Assembly (NCBI GenBank): GCA_965261395.1
Contig: OZ253462.1
Span: forward strand, 5,440,001-5,504,000
DNA: 64,000 nt
Direction: 5' to 3'
Source: Candidatus Latescibacterota bacterium
GTDB taxonomy: Bacteria; Latescibacterota; UBA2968; UBA8231
Shown here: piece by piece, positions 48,440 through 58,529 of the stretch
How the letters are laid out: every line of letters begins with the position of its first letter
Numbering within the stretch: position 1 is the first letter of the stretch
The notes under the pieces: generated by a model
Seen by the model: only the letters and a program-made list of their open reading frames with translations
Databases searched by the model: none
What the model was told of the DNA's origin: nothing
Program-made: the position numbers and the translations under genes

Positions 48440-49366
48440 CTAGGGCACGTACTCGTGTAGATCCGCGATCCAGTTGTACCCTGCTCGGTCTTCCCACTTG
48501 TGGGCCCCACCCATGACGAAAATTCGCGCGCCAACATTCGCGGTGGCCATCCAGGCTTTTTTTACCGGCATGGGGGTCTCGCTGGACCAAGTGCCGGCGT
48601 CAATATCATACACTTCGACCTCGGTGTGATAGGGCGCTGATCCGCCCCAGCCGCCAAAAACATAGATCTTGCGCCCCACGGCCAAACAGCCCGGATCGCA
48701 GCGCGGCGTAGGGATGGGCGGCAGCGGTGACCAACCGCCGGTATCTGGGTCAAATACATTGCAGTCGGGCCGAGGTCCGTCGCCGCCAATCCCGGTCGCA
48801 ACGTAGATCTTGTCGTCCACCACGGCGACTCCAGGCCCTTGGACTGCTTTGGGCAGGGGCACCCCCAAGGTCCAGCGGGCCGTGGCCGGATCGAAGACCT
48901 CGACGCGGTCTAGGTGCCGCTGGCCGATTGCTGGCTCGGCGTTCATACTGTTGCCGCCGACCGCGTAGATCTTCCCCTTACAGACAACGGCCACCAGACC
49001 GGCTCGGGGTTTGCTCAGGGGCGCGGCTGCGGACCAAGTCTGCGTCTTTAGATTCAAAATCTCGACGCTGTCGCGGATTTCAAAGTGGTAGTCGTCGCCG
49101 GTTTGCTGCTTTTCCTCCTCCGAGCGCACCCGCTTGCCACCGCAGGCGTAAATCTCGTCGCCAATCCGCGCCGCGCCGAACCACCCCCGCTGCGTGGGAA
49201 TGGGCGGTCCCGGCCGCCAAGTGTCGCTGGCCACGTCGTAGATCTCAACCGCGTGGACCGTCTGGTCGCCGGCCCCGGAAATGGCATAGATCTCGCCGTC
49301 CACAGCAATGGCCTGCAGGTCGTGCCGATTGGTCGGCATCGGTGCTTTTTCGATCCACACTCCCAT
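48440..49366 (-). CDS. Kelch-repeat beta-propeller protein
   Basis: Six IYxxGG...VExYD...W...P(M/I)P repeats; AGGAGG RBS. Confidence 0.92.
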   Translation of the reverse strand: MGVWIEKAPMPTNRHDLQAIAVDGEIYAISGAGDQTVHAVEIYDVASDTWRPGPPIPTQRGWFGAARIGDEIYACGGKRVRSEEEKQQTGDDYHFEIRDSVEILNLKTQTWSAAAPLSKPRAGLVAVVCKGKIYAVGGNSMNAEPAIGQRHLDRVEVFDPATARWTLGVPLPKAVQGPGVAVVDDKIYVATGIGGDGPRPDCNVFDPDTGGWSPLPPIPTPRCDPGCLAVGRKIYVFGGWGGSAPYHTEVEVYDIDAGTWSSETPMPVKKAWMATANVGARIFVMGGAHKWEDRAGYNWIADLHEYVP

Positions 49367-49513
49367 GTGATCCTCCTAATGTGCTCGTTGCAGTTAGACT
49401 TATCTGGGAAAGATAGGCCAAGCAACGACTAGCTCCAACAGCCGCGCACCCCGCAGTTGTCCCACCGTCCGAACCGTTTTATAATGGGGCCATCCCCAAT
49501 GGAGTGCAGCGAC

Positions 49514-51352
49514 ATGAGAGCGTCCATTTTAGCGGTATGGGCCGCTATTGCCCTGTGGCCATGCGACAACTGGGGCTTGACCCTATACCGGATTGGCGGC
49601 CCCCCGCCCGCACAGACGGAAGGGGTGGACATCGTCCATCTGGCCTGGGAGGAAGCCTTTGCGGGTTTTGAGGGGCGGACCGAAGGCCTGCTGTTTGCGG
49701 GCGGCCAAGCGACACCCATTCTGGTCACGGCGGACGATAATTTGGCACTCACCGCCAAGGACCGAGGCGGCGGTCCCAAGAGCGCCCGCTTTGGCGTGGG
49801 CGGCTTTCTGGAAACAGAAAACGAAGTGAGTGCTGGAATCGCCGACGGCGATTCGACGACGGTGTTCAAAAACACCGATTCGGAGCACGTCGGCGCGCGC
49901 GTCGTACTCATTCTCGACTTGGGTGGGCGCTTCCCGGTCAACCGCGTGCGGTTCTATCCCTCGCCTCAATTCCCCTTGCGCTTTATCGAACAATTCATCC
50001 TCACGGCCTACGACGACGACCGCGACGAGGTCATCGTCTCAGAGACGGACAACCGCTCCAGCATCGTCGATCTCCTCTTTCCACCCCAAGCCGCCGACCG
50101 GCTGGTGCTGAGCATGGCTTTTCGCCAACGCGATTGGGAAGTCGCCGAATTCGAAGCGTACAGCGAAGGCTACGTCTTGGAGGGTTTCTACCAAACCCAG
50201 GTCTTCGACTTGGGTAGCCCCGCCACTGTAGGCGATCTGCGCTGGTCCGGCTTTAGGGAACGGGACGCCCGCGTCAAGATCCGCACGCGCAACGGCACCG
50301 CAGCCGACCCCAATCGCTACTGGCGCTTTACCGGCCGCGGCGGCGAGCAGACCTTTCGCGACGCGGCCGGCCAACCCCTCACGCGCGCGACCTACGACAA
50401 GCTGAAGGGCAATAAAGCCGACATTACCACGGACTTGGACCATTGGAACCCCTGGTCCGGGACCTACGATTTTGCCGACAGCACTGGCGCGCCCATTATC
50501 GCGCCGAGCGCCCGACAGTACCTGCAACTCCAGGTCCTGCTCTTGCCGAAGGGCTTCCAAGGCGCCGGACTCCACTTCGTCGAGTTCACCGCCTCGCAGC
50601 CGCCCATAGCCGACCAAGTGGTCGGCGAGATCTGGCCGGTAGAAGCCGAATCGGGTCAAGTGACGTCGTTTACCTATGCCTTCAAACCGGTCCTATCTCC
50701 GGCCAACAGCGGTTTCGACCAGTTAGTGCTGCAAACCTCGGGACGATTTGTCGGCATCGATTCCGTGCACGTCAACGGGGATGGGGTGGATTGGGCCGCC
50801 GACCTAGCACACCAGCGCTTGGTGCTGTCGCTGCCGCGCATGGACGCCACCGATAGTCAGAAGTTGGTCGAGGTATTCTTTCGCGCCGAGGTCTTTCACT
50901 TTGGCACGGCCTTTGAGGGCTGGGTGTTCGACTCGGAACGCCCCCTCGAAGTGGGTCAGCAGGTGCAGGGCGGGGACGCCACCTTTGCGCTAGACAGCAA
51001 CCAAGTCTGGGCCGGCATCCGGCTGCGCGGCCGCCTCGTGAGCGAGGTGCGAGCGCAGCCGCCCGTGGTCACGCCCAACGGGGATGGGGTCAACGACGCG
51101 GCCGGTATCGAGTACTCGCTGTTGGAATTGGTCGGGACCGGTCAAGTGGCGGTGGATATCTTCGACCTCGCGGGCCGTCTAGTCCGGCCGCTCTACAGAG
51201 GCCAGCAGCGCAGCGGCCGCCATGTGCACTTGTGGGACGGCCGCCGCGCCGACGGCCGCGCCGTAGCACCGGGGACGTATCTGTATCAGGTGCGGGTGGA
51301 TACGGACGAGGCGCGGGAAGAACACACCGGCGCAGTCAGTGTGGCGTATTGA
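49514..51352 (+). CDS. Secreted discoidin-like/FlgD-CTD family protein
   Basis: GGAG RBS, LDLGGRFPVNRVRFYP, GEIWP, TPNGDGVND, ends VSVAY; closest to 41830-43692. Confidence 0.88.
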   Translation: MRASILAVWAAIALWPCDNWGLTLYRIGGPPPAQTEGVDIVHLAWEEAFAGFEGRTEGLLFAGGQATPILVTADDNLALTAKDRGGGPKSARFGVGGFLETENEVSAGIADGDSTTVFKNTDSEHVGARVVLILDLGGRFPVNRVRFYPSPQFPLRFIEQFILTAYDDDRDEVIVSETDNRSSIVDLLFPPQAADRLVLSMAFRQRDWEVAEFEAYSEGYVLEGFYQTQVFDLGSPATVGDLRWSGFRERDARVKIRTRNGTAADPNRYWRFTGRGGEQTFRDAAGQPLTRATYDKLKGNKADITTDLDHWNPWSGTYDFADSTGAPIIAPSARQYLQLQVLLLPKGFQGAGLHFVEFTASQPPIADQVVGEIWPVEAESGQVTSFTYAFKPVLSPANSGFDQLVLQTSGRFVGIDSVHVNGDGVDWAADLAHQRLVLSLPRMDATDSQKLVEVFFRAEVFHFGTAFEGWVFDSERPLEVGQQVQGGDATFALDSNQVWAGIRLRGRLVSEVRAQPPVVTPNGDGVNDAAGIEYSLLELVGTGQVAVDIFDLAGRLVRPLYRGQQRSGRHVHLWDGRRADGRAVAPGTYLYQVRVDTDEAREEHTGAVSVAY

Positions 51353-51373
51353 ATGAGCGGGGCCGCTTGGCGC

Positions 51374-53407
51374 TCACCATATCAACACGAAATTGCCCTG
51401 CTTCCCGGTGATAAAATCAATCACCAGCCAGGTGCCGGCCACGACAAAGGCACCCAAGATCATGCCGACAAAAAAGTACCGGGTCTGACGGTACAAAACG
51501 CCGCCGCCGTACTTGAGCACCAAGCCCTTTATCGCCCAAGCCAAAAAGACGTTGAACCACATCACTCCCGAGGTGAAGACCGTCCCGGTCATGGCCAAGC
51601 CCAGCGGATGAATGGGCCACCACATGACCCGCTGGTGTACCCCGATCAGCAGCCACATCAGCCCAGCGCCCACGCCCGTAAACAGCCAGCCGCCTAGATC
51701 CGTAGTCGAGGGACTGCTCATCATCATCGAGATATAGGAGAGGGGAACGGAGGAAGAGGTGAACCAGAACCAGCCATTGAGATTGATCCCGCCGTGCCGA
51801 TAGGACAGGTACAGCACAATCCAGAACGCGCCCGCCAAAGTAACCACCAAGGCCAGCACCATGCCCCAGAAAAAGGCCCGCTTTCTCCCCCGCACCACCT
51901 CGTGGATCATCTTCAGGCTATTGGTGCAGGCAGCCATGGGGAAGGTGACGATATCCGCAGTCCACGGATAGGTGTAAGCCAGTCCGGTCAAGCCCTTCGG
52001 CCCGAGGAAGGAGGAGCCCATGCTAGCCATGACAAAATCGGGCGCGATCAGCGGCGCCCGCACCAGCGCCACCCCAGCCTCGGCGACAATCCGCGACAAG
52101 GCGATGAAAATCAGCATCGCCACCGCGACTAAGAGCAATACCGCCACCAAGGGAATGCCCAAGGCCTCGAGCCACACTACCATGACGGCCAACCCCACCA
52201 GCACCGTCCACAAGGCCGCCCGGTACGACATAATCTCGTCGCCATCGTCGCCACCGCCGCGGCTGAAAGCCCGGCGCGCCACCGCCAGCAAGTGGAAGCG
52301 CGCCTTCCACAAAGTATATAGCGCGAATACCAGCATGGCCCCCAGAGCCTGATGGGTCAGATAGGGGGAACTAGGATTGCTAAACCAGCCCAGTTTTTCC
52401 GTACTGTGGACGCCGAGAATATTGAAACAGCCTTGCTCGACCAAGGCCAGCAAATAGAAAAACCAGATTCCCAAGGCTAGGTTGCGGTTGATGAAATAGG
52501 AAAACCCCACCAGCGAAAAAGAAAACTCAAAGGGCAGATTGATGGTATCGCGAAACAAGTACATGCTGGACCTAAAGTACAGCGACGGCCATTGCGGATA
52601 GTAATTGTGCAGGGCATTGCAGCAGCCCACTAGGACGGGCAAGGCAAACCCGATCCACATCTGCGGCTGGCGGAAGACCGCGCTCACCAAGGCCGTCCCT
52701 TCGCGTCCGTTGATCATCTCAATGGGAACCTGCATCATCGGATAGAGCAGGCGTTCCCCTTCCATCCACGGCCGGCGCAAAAGCACCATCAGGCCAATCG
52801 ACACTAGATAGAGGGCGATGAGGAAAACAGACCAATAGCCCAACGCCTCCAGCCAGCCTTCCCAAGGCACCGGCATCCCCTTGGGCAGGCCCTCGTAGAA
52901 ATCTTGGATCAGTTGCTCATTGCTGGGGGCAATCCAAGGGGGGACATAGGGCTGGATCAGTTCACCCCAATTGTTTTCGGGGGTGGCGTAATAGAAGACC
53001 CCCGTGATCATGGGCAGCAAGTGTTCGACCAAGCCAAAGGTGGGAATCGAGGCCGACACCATCATCATGGCGTAGATCAGCACCAACTCTTCCCGCCTCA
53101 GCGCCAAATTGCGGGCCAAGGTTCCCACCAGGATATTGCCCAACACTAGATAGAAGAACAGGAAGAGAGCGACGGGATTGCTGAAGCACCAGGCCATGAA
53201 GGTGCCCTGGATGATGGCGTTGGCGTAGATGGTGCCGACGCCAATGAGCAGGCACAACAGGGACCCCAACAAAAAGGCCCGGATTGAAAGGGGCTGGCTC
53301 TCCTCGACAGGAGTAGCCCCCAAGTTCTGGCTAATAAAGGTCAAAGCCATTCGCTCCCACCTCGCCCGTCGGGCACCCGACTCGCTATGGGGGCCTCTAG
53401 GAGCCAT
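51374..53407 (-). CDS. DUF6785/DUF6784-like polytopic membrane protein (OPT-like transporter)
   Basis: Many TMs, ERLLYP, RIVAEAG, WWPIHPLG, KYGGGVLY; start could be 53350. Confidence 0.7.
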   Translation of the reverse strand: MAPRGPHSESGARRARWERMALTFISQNLGATPVEESQPLSIRAFLLGSLLCLLIGVGTIYANAIIQGTFMAWCFSNPVALFLFFYLVLGNILVGTLARNLALRREELVLIYAMMMVSASIPTFGLVEHLLPMITGVFYYATPENNWGELIQPYVPPWIAPSNEQLIQDFYEGLPKGMPVPWEGWLEALGYWSVFLIALYLVSIGLMVLLRRPWMEGERLLYPMMQVPIEMINGREGTALVSAVFRQPQMWIGFALPVLVGCCNALHNYYPQWPSLYFRSSMYLFRDTINLPFEFSFSLVGFSYFINRNLALGIWFFYLLALVEQGCFNILGVHSTEKLGWFSNPSSPYLTHQALGAMLVFALYTLWKARFHLLAVARRAFSRGGGDDGDEIMSYRAALWTVLVGLAVMVVWLEALGIPLVAVLLLVAVAMLIFIALSRIVAEAGVALVRAPLIAPDFVMASMGSSFLGPKGLTGLAYTYPWTADIVTFPMAACTNSLKMIHEVVRGRKRAFFWGMVLALVVTLAGAFWIVLYLSYRHGGINLNGWFWFTSSSVPLSYISMMMSSPSTTDLGGWLFTGVGAGLMWLLIGVHQRVMWWPIHPLGLAMTGTVFTSGVMWFNVFLAWAIKGLVLKYGGGVLYRQTRYFFVGMILGAFVVAGTWLVIDFITGKQGNFVLIW

Positions 53408-53409
53408 TG

Positions 53410-54240
53410 CTAGCAGAAAGCCCGATACGCTTCCACCAGCTTGGTCGCCCCCTCCAAAATCAGGTTGCGCTCGTCCTCGGCCTCAAAGAACAGGGGCCCC
53501 TGTTCCACCCAGCGCCGGGCCGCCTCTGGCCCCGAAGCTGTGGTGCCGAACGGGATCCCGTGCTTTTTGCACAATTGTAGGATCTCTTCCATTGGGCCAC
53601 GCACATCCGGGTGGTCCGGCTGCCCCGGCTGCCCCATTTCCACGGAAAAATCGCCCGGTCCGACATAGACCATGTCCACCCCCGGCGTCGAGACGATCTC
53701 CTCGGCTCGCTCGTAGGCCCGTCGCGTCTCTAGGTGCACCACGAGGGATATCTCCTCGTCCTGTGCTGCCATCCACGCTCGGTGGTCCGCGACTTTGCAA
53801 TAGTCGCTGTTGCCGTACCCCGGCGCGGCGGCCCGGGTGCCCAAGGGCGGGAACTTGAGATAGCTGCGCAAGGTCTCGATGTCTGCCCGCGATTCCGTGC
53901 GCGGAAGCTGTAGCCCCACCACGCCGCACTCCAACAGCTTGGCCACCGCGGCCCGTTCTAATTGCGGGGTTTTGGCGATGACCGGCAGGCCGTTGTCTCG
54001 TGCAGCTTGCACGGTATCGGCTAGCGCGGTCAGATCGAAATAGCCGTGCTCAAATTCGATGTAGATAAAATCGCAGCCGGCCTGCTGGAAACACTTGACC
54101 AGCGACGGCCGCACGTACTCGGCAATCATGCCACCCACCAATACCTCCCCGGCTCGTAAACGGGCCTTGAGCTGGCGTCCGGGGCCTCCTTCGGGATAGA
54201 GGTAGCTATTGAGCGGTTTGTCGGCGACAGGTTTGGGCAT
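53410..54240 (-). CDS. HpcH/HpaI aldolase family protein
   Basis: IEFEHG, PPLGTR, HLET, YVGPGDF. Confidence 0.9.
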   Translation of the reverse strand: MPKPVADKPLNSYLYPEGGPGRQLKARLRAGEVLVGGMIAEYVRPSLVKCFQQAGCDFIYIEFEHGYFDLTALADTVQAARDNGLPVIAKTPQLERAAVAKLLECGVVGLQLPRTESRADIETLRSYLKFPPLGTRAAAPGYGNSDYCKVADHRAWMAAQDEEISLVVHLETRRAYERAEEIVSTPGVDMVYVGPGDFSVEMGQPGQPDHPDVRGPMEEILQLCKKHGIPFGTTASGPEAARRWVEQGPLFFEAEDERNLILEGATKLVEAYRAFC

Positions 54241-54286
54241 AGTCTATTTTCTCTTTCTCCAATAGATCATCGCGGTTACGGTGTCT

Positions 54287-55099
54287 TCAAACCGAGCGGT
54301 TGTCCAGCGCATAGGCGCGGTTGTCGCCGCCTATTTGCCAAGTGCCACGGAACAATGAGCGGCGCTTAGGTGGCATGGCCTCGATGATCTCGTGGCTGAG
54401 GTTGAGCCGGTGCCATTGGGCCCACAGGGAATTATAGCAATTGAAGACGGCGCAGCGCGGATTGTCCGAGTTGAGCCAATCGTTGGCCGCGTGTAGCAGG
54501 CTTTCGGTGAAGACAATGGCCGAGCCAGGCGGGCAGCTATATTGGGCCATGGCCGCCCGCATGGGTTCCTCCCAAGGCGATTCGCCTATATTGGGCCGGT
54601 TGAGGTCGGGGCCACCGTAGTTGAAATGGGCCTTGTGCGAACCGGAGAGAAACGTGGTGCCCCCCTGGCCGGCTTTCACTTCTTCAAGCTCCCACACCAC
54701 CCGCGTCAGCCCGGAAAATATCTTGTTGCCTGCCACTTGGTAGCGCATGGCATTGGCCTGTTGCGGCGGCCGCACCACATGCGGCAGGCCGGTGCCCTTG
54801 TCGCTTTTCCAGCCAGCGTGTCGCACCGTAATAAAGGAATTTTCGCAGCGGAAGCTGTAGTAATCCTCTCCGAGGTACGGCTCTTCGGCGAGGATCTCGG
54901 TGAGGATGCCGGCCACCGCCGGATGGTCCAACAGCTCCTGCAAGGCACCTTGGTAGCCTTGTTTGGCACCGTCGTACACTTCGGCCTTCATCGCTTCGAT
55001 TTCCGCCTCAGACAGCACCGAGGGCAACAAGATCCAGCCTTGCAGGTCGAAAAAAAACTTCTGCTCTTCGGTCATGGGCACGGCACTATGCTCGCTCAT
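54287..55099 (-). CDS. PhyH-like Fe(II)/2-oxoglutarate dioxygenase family protein
   Basis: FFDLQGW, GGTTFLSGSHKA, PGSAIVFTESLLHA, PR(C)AVF. Confidence 0.85.
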   Translation of the reverse strand: MSEHSAVPMTEEQKFFFDLQGWILLPSVLSEAEIEAMKAEVYDGAKQGYQGALQELLDHPAVAGILTEILAEEPYLGEDYYSFRCENSFITVRHAGWKSDKGTGLPHVVRPPQQANAMRYQVAGNKIFSGLTRVVWELEEVKAGQGGTTFLSGSHKAHFNYGGPDLNRPNIGESPWEEPMRAAMAQYSCPPGSAIVFTESLLHAANDWLNSDNPRCAVFNCYNSLWAQWHRLNLSHEIIEAMPPKRRSLFRGTWQIGGDNRAYALDNRSV

Positions 55100-55133
55100 G
55101 GCGTTCTCCTTGTCGATTCTGCAAACGAACGGT

Positions 55134-55595
55134 TTAGATCAACTCGGCGTCGCAGCGGGGACACCGCTCCCACGCGGGCGATTCCACCGGCTTGTCGCAA
55201 TCTGGGCACAAGCCGAGGGGATGCTCGTCCTCGCGGCAGCGACGGCCGTCTTTGTAGGTAATGCGACGCCAGACCGTCTCGCCATCGGTGGCGTAAAAAG
55301 TCCAAGTCCCCGTTTTGCGCCCATCCGTGCTTTTGCCTCGGTATTCGTTGAATTGCCCGGTCTGTTTCCGTTTGCCGTTTTCATAGTACGCCACGTGGTC
55401 GCCGGTGAGCTGATTTTCTCGGTAGTGATTAATACTAGCGGGCTTACCGTTTCTGTGGTACTCCACCCATTTGCCCGTCTTTTTGCCCCTGTCGAAAGCG
55501 CCTTCGCGCCGCTTGCCGCCGTCGGCATAGTACAGCACCCAAGGGCCGTGTTTTTTGCCGTCTTTGTACTCGACGTCTTCGAGATGGCTGGCCAT
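55134..55595 (-). CDS. MORN-variant repeat protein with C-terminal zinc ribbon
   Basis: YKDGKKHGPW..YY.DG repeats; CPDC...CPRC. Confidence 0.8.
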   Translation of the reverse strand: MASHLEDVEYKDGKKHGPWVLYYADGGKRREGAFDRGKKTGKWVEYHRNGKPASINHYRENQLTGDHVAYYENGKRKQTGQFNEYRGKSTDGRKTGTWTFYATDGETVWRRITYKDGRRCREDEHPLGLCPDCDKPVESPAWERCPRCDAELI

Positions 55596-55783
55596 GATTT
55601 TCTCAGCATTAATTCGCCAGTGCGTTTACCGGGTGGCCTTCAGCGTCCAACTGGTGTGCAACACAGCATAGGGTAGCTGTACGCAGCATAACAGGTTTCA
55701 TTTCTATATGGGGAACGGTATAGGTACAATCTACATCCCCCACCTTCAGGATCAAAGAATTTCCATCGCCGGCGTCGGATTTC

Positions 55784-57343
55784 TCAAATAACGGCGCATT
55801 CATAAGGCCCCAAGTCTGGATCGGTGTTGTGCATGCCGCGATAAGTGCTCTTGCCGCGCAGGTAGCGCACCTCCAGTTCCACATCCCGCACATAGATGAG
55901 CGGCGTAGCCTCTGGATCGCGCTCGTGCAAGGTGACCTCCACGACGTTGGTTCCCTGCACCGGCCAGTGGGCCTCGTCCAGCCGGAAGACAAACCAGTAA
56001 CTCGAATGCGAGCGGTAGCGCGGCGCAGTCATCTGATAGATGTGGTCGATCTTGCGCGTAATATGCGCTGGCAACTCGTCGCCGTTCAGCTTGAAGCTGA
56101 GGCGGTCGCGGTCGGTAGCGCGCATCAGCCGTATCCGCAAAATCACCTCGTGAACCCGGCCCGCCGCTCCCCAACGCGGCAAATCGTCGCTGATCGGCAG
56201 CTCTAGTGCTACAGGGTGCTCTAGCGACAGCGAGGCCGGTAGCTGCATGACGAGTCCCGGGTCGGTCGTCGGCTGTGCGGCTGAACGCCCCGTGGGCGTG
56301 GGGATCGCGTAGATTTTGTCTTTGACCGCCATCACGTCCGGGTGCGGCAATTCGCGGAGCTGTTCGTAGAAGGACGGGCCGTACGGCCAACTGCCGGCCC
56401 AGTGGATCAAGTTCAGCCCATCGACGCCCTGTGCCCAGTAGTTGGTCGCCGCGGCGCGCACCATGGCGATGGGAGCCGCACCCAGCCGGTCCGAATCCAC
56501 GTTGTTGTGGATGACTCCGTGTACCCGACACTCCGCGTCTTGGGTCGCTGCAATCAAAGGCCGGAAATCCGCGGTCGCGTCAATCAGGGACATGGACGCG
56601 AAGTTCTCCGCCACCAAAACATCGGCAATCCCCTCGCGAATCCACGTTTCGGGGTCCAGACCAATGGACCGACAACCGGCGATGCTAGTGGGGATGCGCA
56701 GAGCCAGCTCGCGGTCCGGGCTGCTTTGCTTGACGGCCTCGTGGACGCGTTGGAGCCAATCGGTGAAGATCCCCCGGCCGCGCTCCACATCGTCCGGGTG
56801 AAAGAAGGCCCCGCCGGCGTAGTGATTGAGGTTGAGTTCAAAGCCATCCACCGGATAGTTTTGCAGGGTTTCCTCAATCAGGGCAAAGCGCATTTCGCGG
56901 ACCTCAGGTCGCGCAAAATCGGCTAAAAGGGTATCGCCGATCCGCAAGCTCTCGCCTAAGTCGGCCTGCACCTGGAGCGAAGGGTAGATCAGCAGCCCCT
57001 TGGCCCGTGCGCGGTCACAGACGATGCGCAGCAAATCGCGGCCCTCGGCGATGAGCTGTTGGGCATTGCGATAGGCGCGCTGGAAGACGAGGTGCTCCCA
57101 GTGGTGGTCGCCCTCTGGCCGAAATTGAGCAGTGGCCGCCGCCTCTGGGCCCCAGTGATCGGCCACTTGGGTGTCGTGCAAAAAGGCATTGCCAAAGCCG
57201 AGGTTGAAGACCAATGCCTCAATCGGCGTCCCCAACAGTTCATCGACCGCAGCTTCGCACCCCTCTTGCGCGACGGGTGGCTCGCACATGTAGAGCAAGG
57301 TGTGGCGCGAGTCGTTTTCAAACATCAGACGGGGTTTGGGCAT
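55784..57343 (-). CDS. GHL10-like TIM-barrel glycoside hydrolase-like protein
   Basis: FENDS, DFARPEVRE, YPVDGFELN, GVDGL; GGAGG RBS. Confidence 0.65.
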   Translation of the reverse strand: MPKPRLMFENDSRHTLLYMCEPPVAQEGCEAAVDELLGTPIEALVFNLGFGNAFLHDTQVADHWGPEAAATAQFRPEGDHHWEHLVFQRAYRNAQQLIAEGRDLLRIVCDRARAKGLLIYPSLQVQADLGESLRIGDTLLADFARPEVREMRFALIEETLQNYPVDGFELNLNHYAGGAFFHPDDVERGRGIFTDWLQRVHEAVKQSSPDRELALRIPTSIAGCRSIGLDPETWIREGIADVLVAENFASMSLIDATADFRPLIAATQDAECRVHGVIHNNVDSDRLGAAPIAMVRAAATNYWAQGVDGLNLIHWAGSWPYGPSFYEQLRELPHPDVMAVKDKIYAIPTPTGRSAAQPTTDPGLVMQLPASLSLEHPVALELPISDDLPRWGAAGRVHEVILRIRLMRATDRDRLSFKLNGDELPAHITRKIDHIYQMTAPRYRSHSSYWFVFRLDEAHWPVQGTNVVEVTLHERDPEATPLIYVRDVELEVRYLRGKSTYRGMHNTDPDLGPYECAVI

Positions 57344-57431
57344 GAGTGCGTCCTCCGCGTATTAAAAATTTGGTCCGAAAAACCTAAACCCGTATTATTC
57401 CCCCGGTCAATCACCCCACCTAGGAATCCCC

Positions 57432-58520
57432 ATGATCGAACTCCTCGCCACCGGCCTCATCTACCGCGATTCCACGCTCCACGCCTGGCACCCCACCCTA
57501 GCGCTGTTGCCCAACGGCGACCTCTTGGCCGCCTACGATTTGGGCGAGACCATCGGTGCGCTTGATTATTGCACCTATCTTGCGCGCTCGACCGATGGCA
57601 GCCGATCGTGGAGCGAGCCGGTGGCCTTTTTCGCCGATCCTGTTGCCGCAACCGCCCGCCGCACTGTCCGCATCAGCACCCTAACCGACGGAACCTTGAT
57701 CGGCGCGGGACGGCGCAGCTATTGCCATCACCCTGAGACCAGCGGCTGGAATCCCCAGACGTACGGCGTAGAGCAAGGCGACTGGTTCGTGCTCCGCAGC
57801 CGCGACGGGACCCACTGGCGCGGGCCGCAGGAGATCGAGCCGCCGCTAGTTGGCCCCTACGAGGTCTGCCACGCTTTTGTCGAGACCGGCGACGGCCGGC
57901 TGCTCCTGCCCACGGGCCTGTTGCGAACTTGGGAAGGGGATGCGCCCGACGGACTCAAGGCCCTAGCGTTGGTCTCTGGCGACCAAGGCCAGACTTGGCC
58001 CGAATATATCGAGCTATTCGCCGATCCCCAAGGCGAGGTGATTTACCACGAGGTCAGTCTGGTGGAATTGGAGGGCGGGCGGCTCCTCGCGGTGGCGTGG
58101 CCCTTTAACTCGGTGGTAGGTCAGACCCTGATGAAGGTGCCCTACGCGATAGCGCCAGACGGCAGGACGTTCAGCGTCCGCGGCTCGACCGGGATCGCCG
58201 GTGAGACGACCAAGTTGCTGCACTTGGGCAGCGACCGGGTCTTGTGCCTGATGCGCCGCACCGACGCGGCTGGCCTGTGGGCGGTGCTCGCCCAGATACA
58301 AGGCGACGAGTGGGTTCACCTCGCAGAAGTCCCCCTGTGGCAGGGCGCGGCGTCGCGGATGCAGGGTGAGCGAGACGCAGCTACCGAGCTGGCCGAACTG
58401 CACTTTGGCTTTCCGAACCTCTTGCGTCTGCCCGATGGCGACGTGCTGGCGGCCTTCTGGTGCCGCGAGGACCACATTCACAACATCCGCTGGCTGCGGA
58501 TTAGCGTAGCGGACCACTAG
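57432..58520 (+). CDS. Sialidase-like / BNR (Asp-box) repeat protein
   Basis: RSTDGSRSWS, RSRDGTHW, SGDQGQTW Asp boxes. Confidence 0.82.
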   Translation: MIELLATGLIYRDSTLHAWHPTLALLPNGDLLAAYDLGETIGALDYCTYLARSTDGSRSWSEPVAFFADPVAATARRTVRISTLTDGTLIGAGRRSYCHHPETSGWNPQTYGVEQGDWFVLRSRDGTHWRGPQEIEPPLVGPYEVCHAFVETGDGRLLLPTGLLRTWEGDAPDGLKALALVSGDQGQTWPEYIELFADPQGEVIYHEVSLVELEGGRLLAVAWPFNSVVGQTLMKVPYAIAPDGRTFSVRGSTGIAGETTKLLHLGSDRVLCLMRRTDAAGLWAVLAQIQGDEWVHLAEVPLWQGAASRMQGERDAATELAELHFGFPNLLRLPDGDVLAAFWCREDHIHNIRWLRISVADH

Positions 58521-58529
58521 GAGACCACC

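Noticed and set aside
55134-55595. YwqJK-type toxin-antitoxin module
   Set aside because: MORN-variant repeats alone are not diagnostic and no toxin gene is adjacent.
55609-55992. 127-aa minus-strand ORF
   Set aside because: Mostly overlaps the GHL10-like gene in another frame, with no RBS or recognisable motif.
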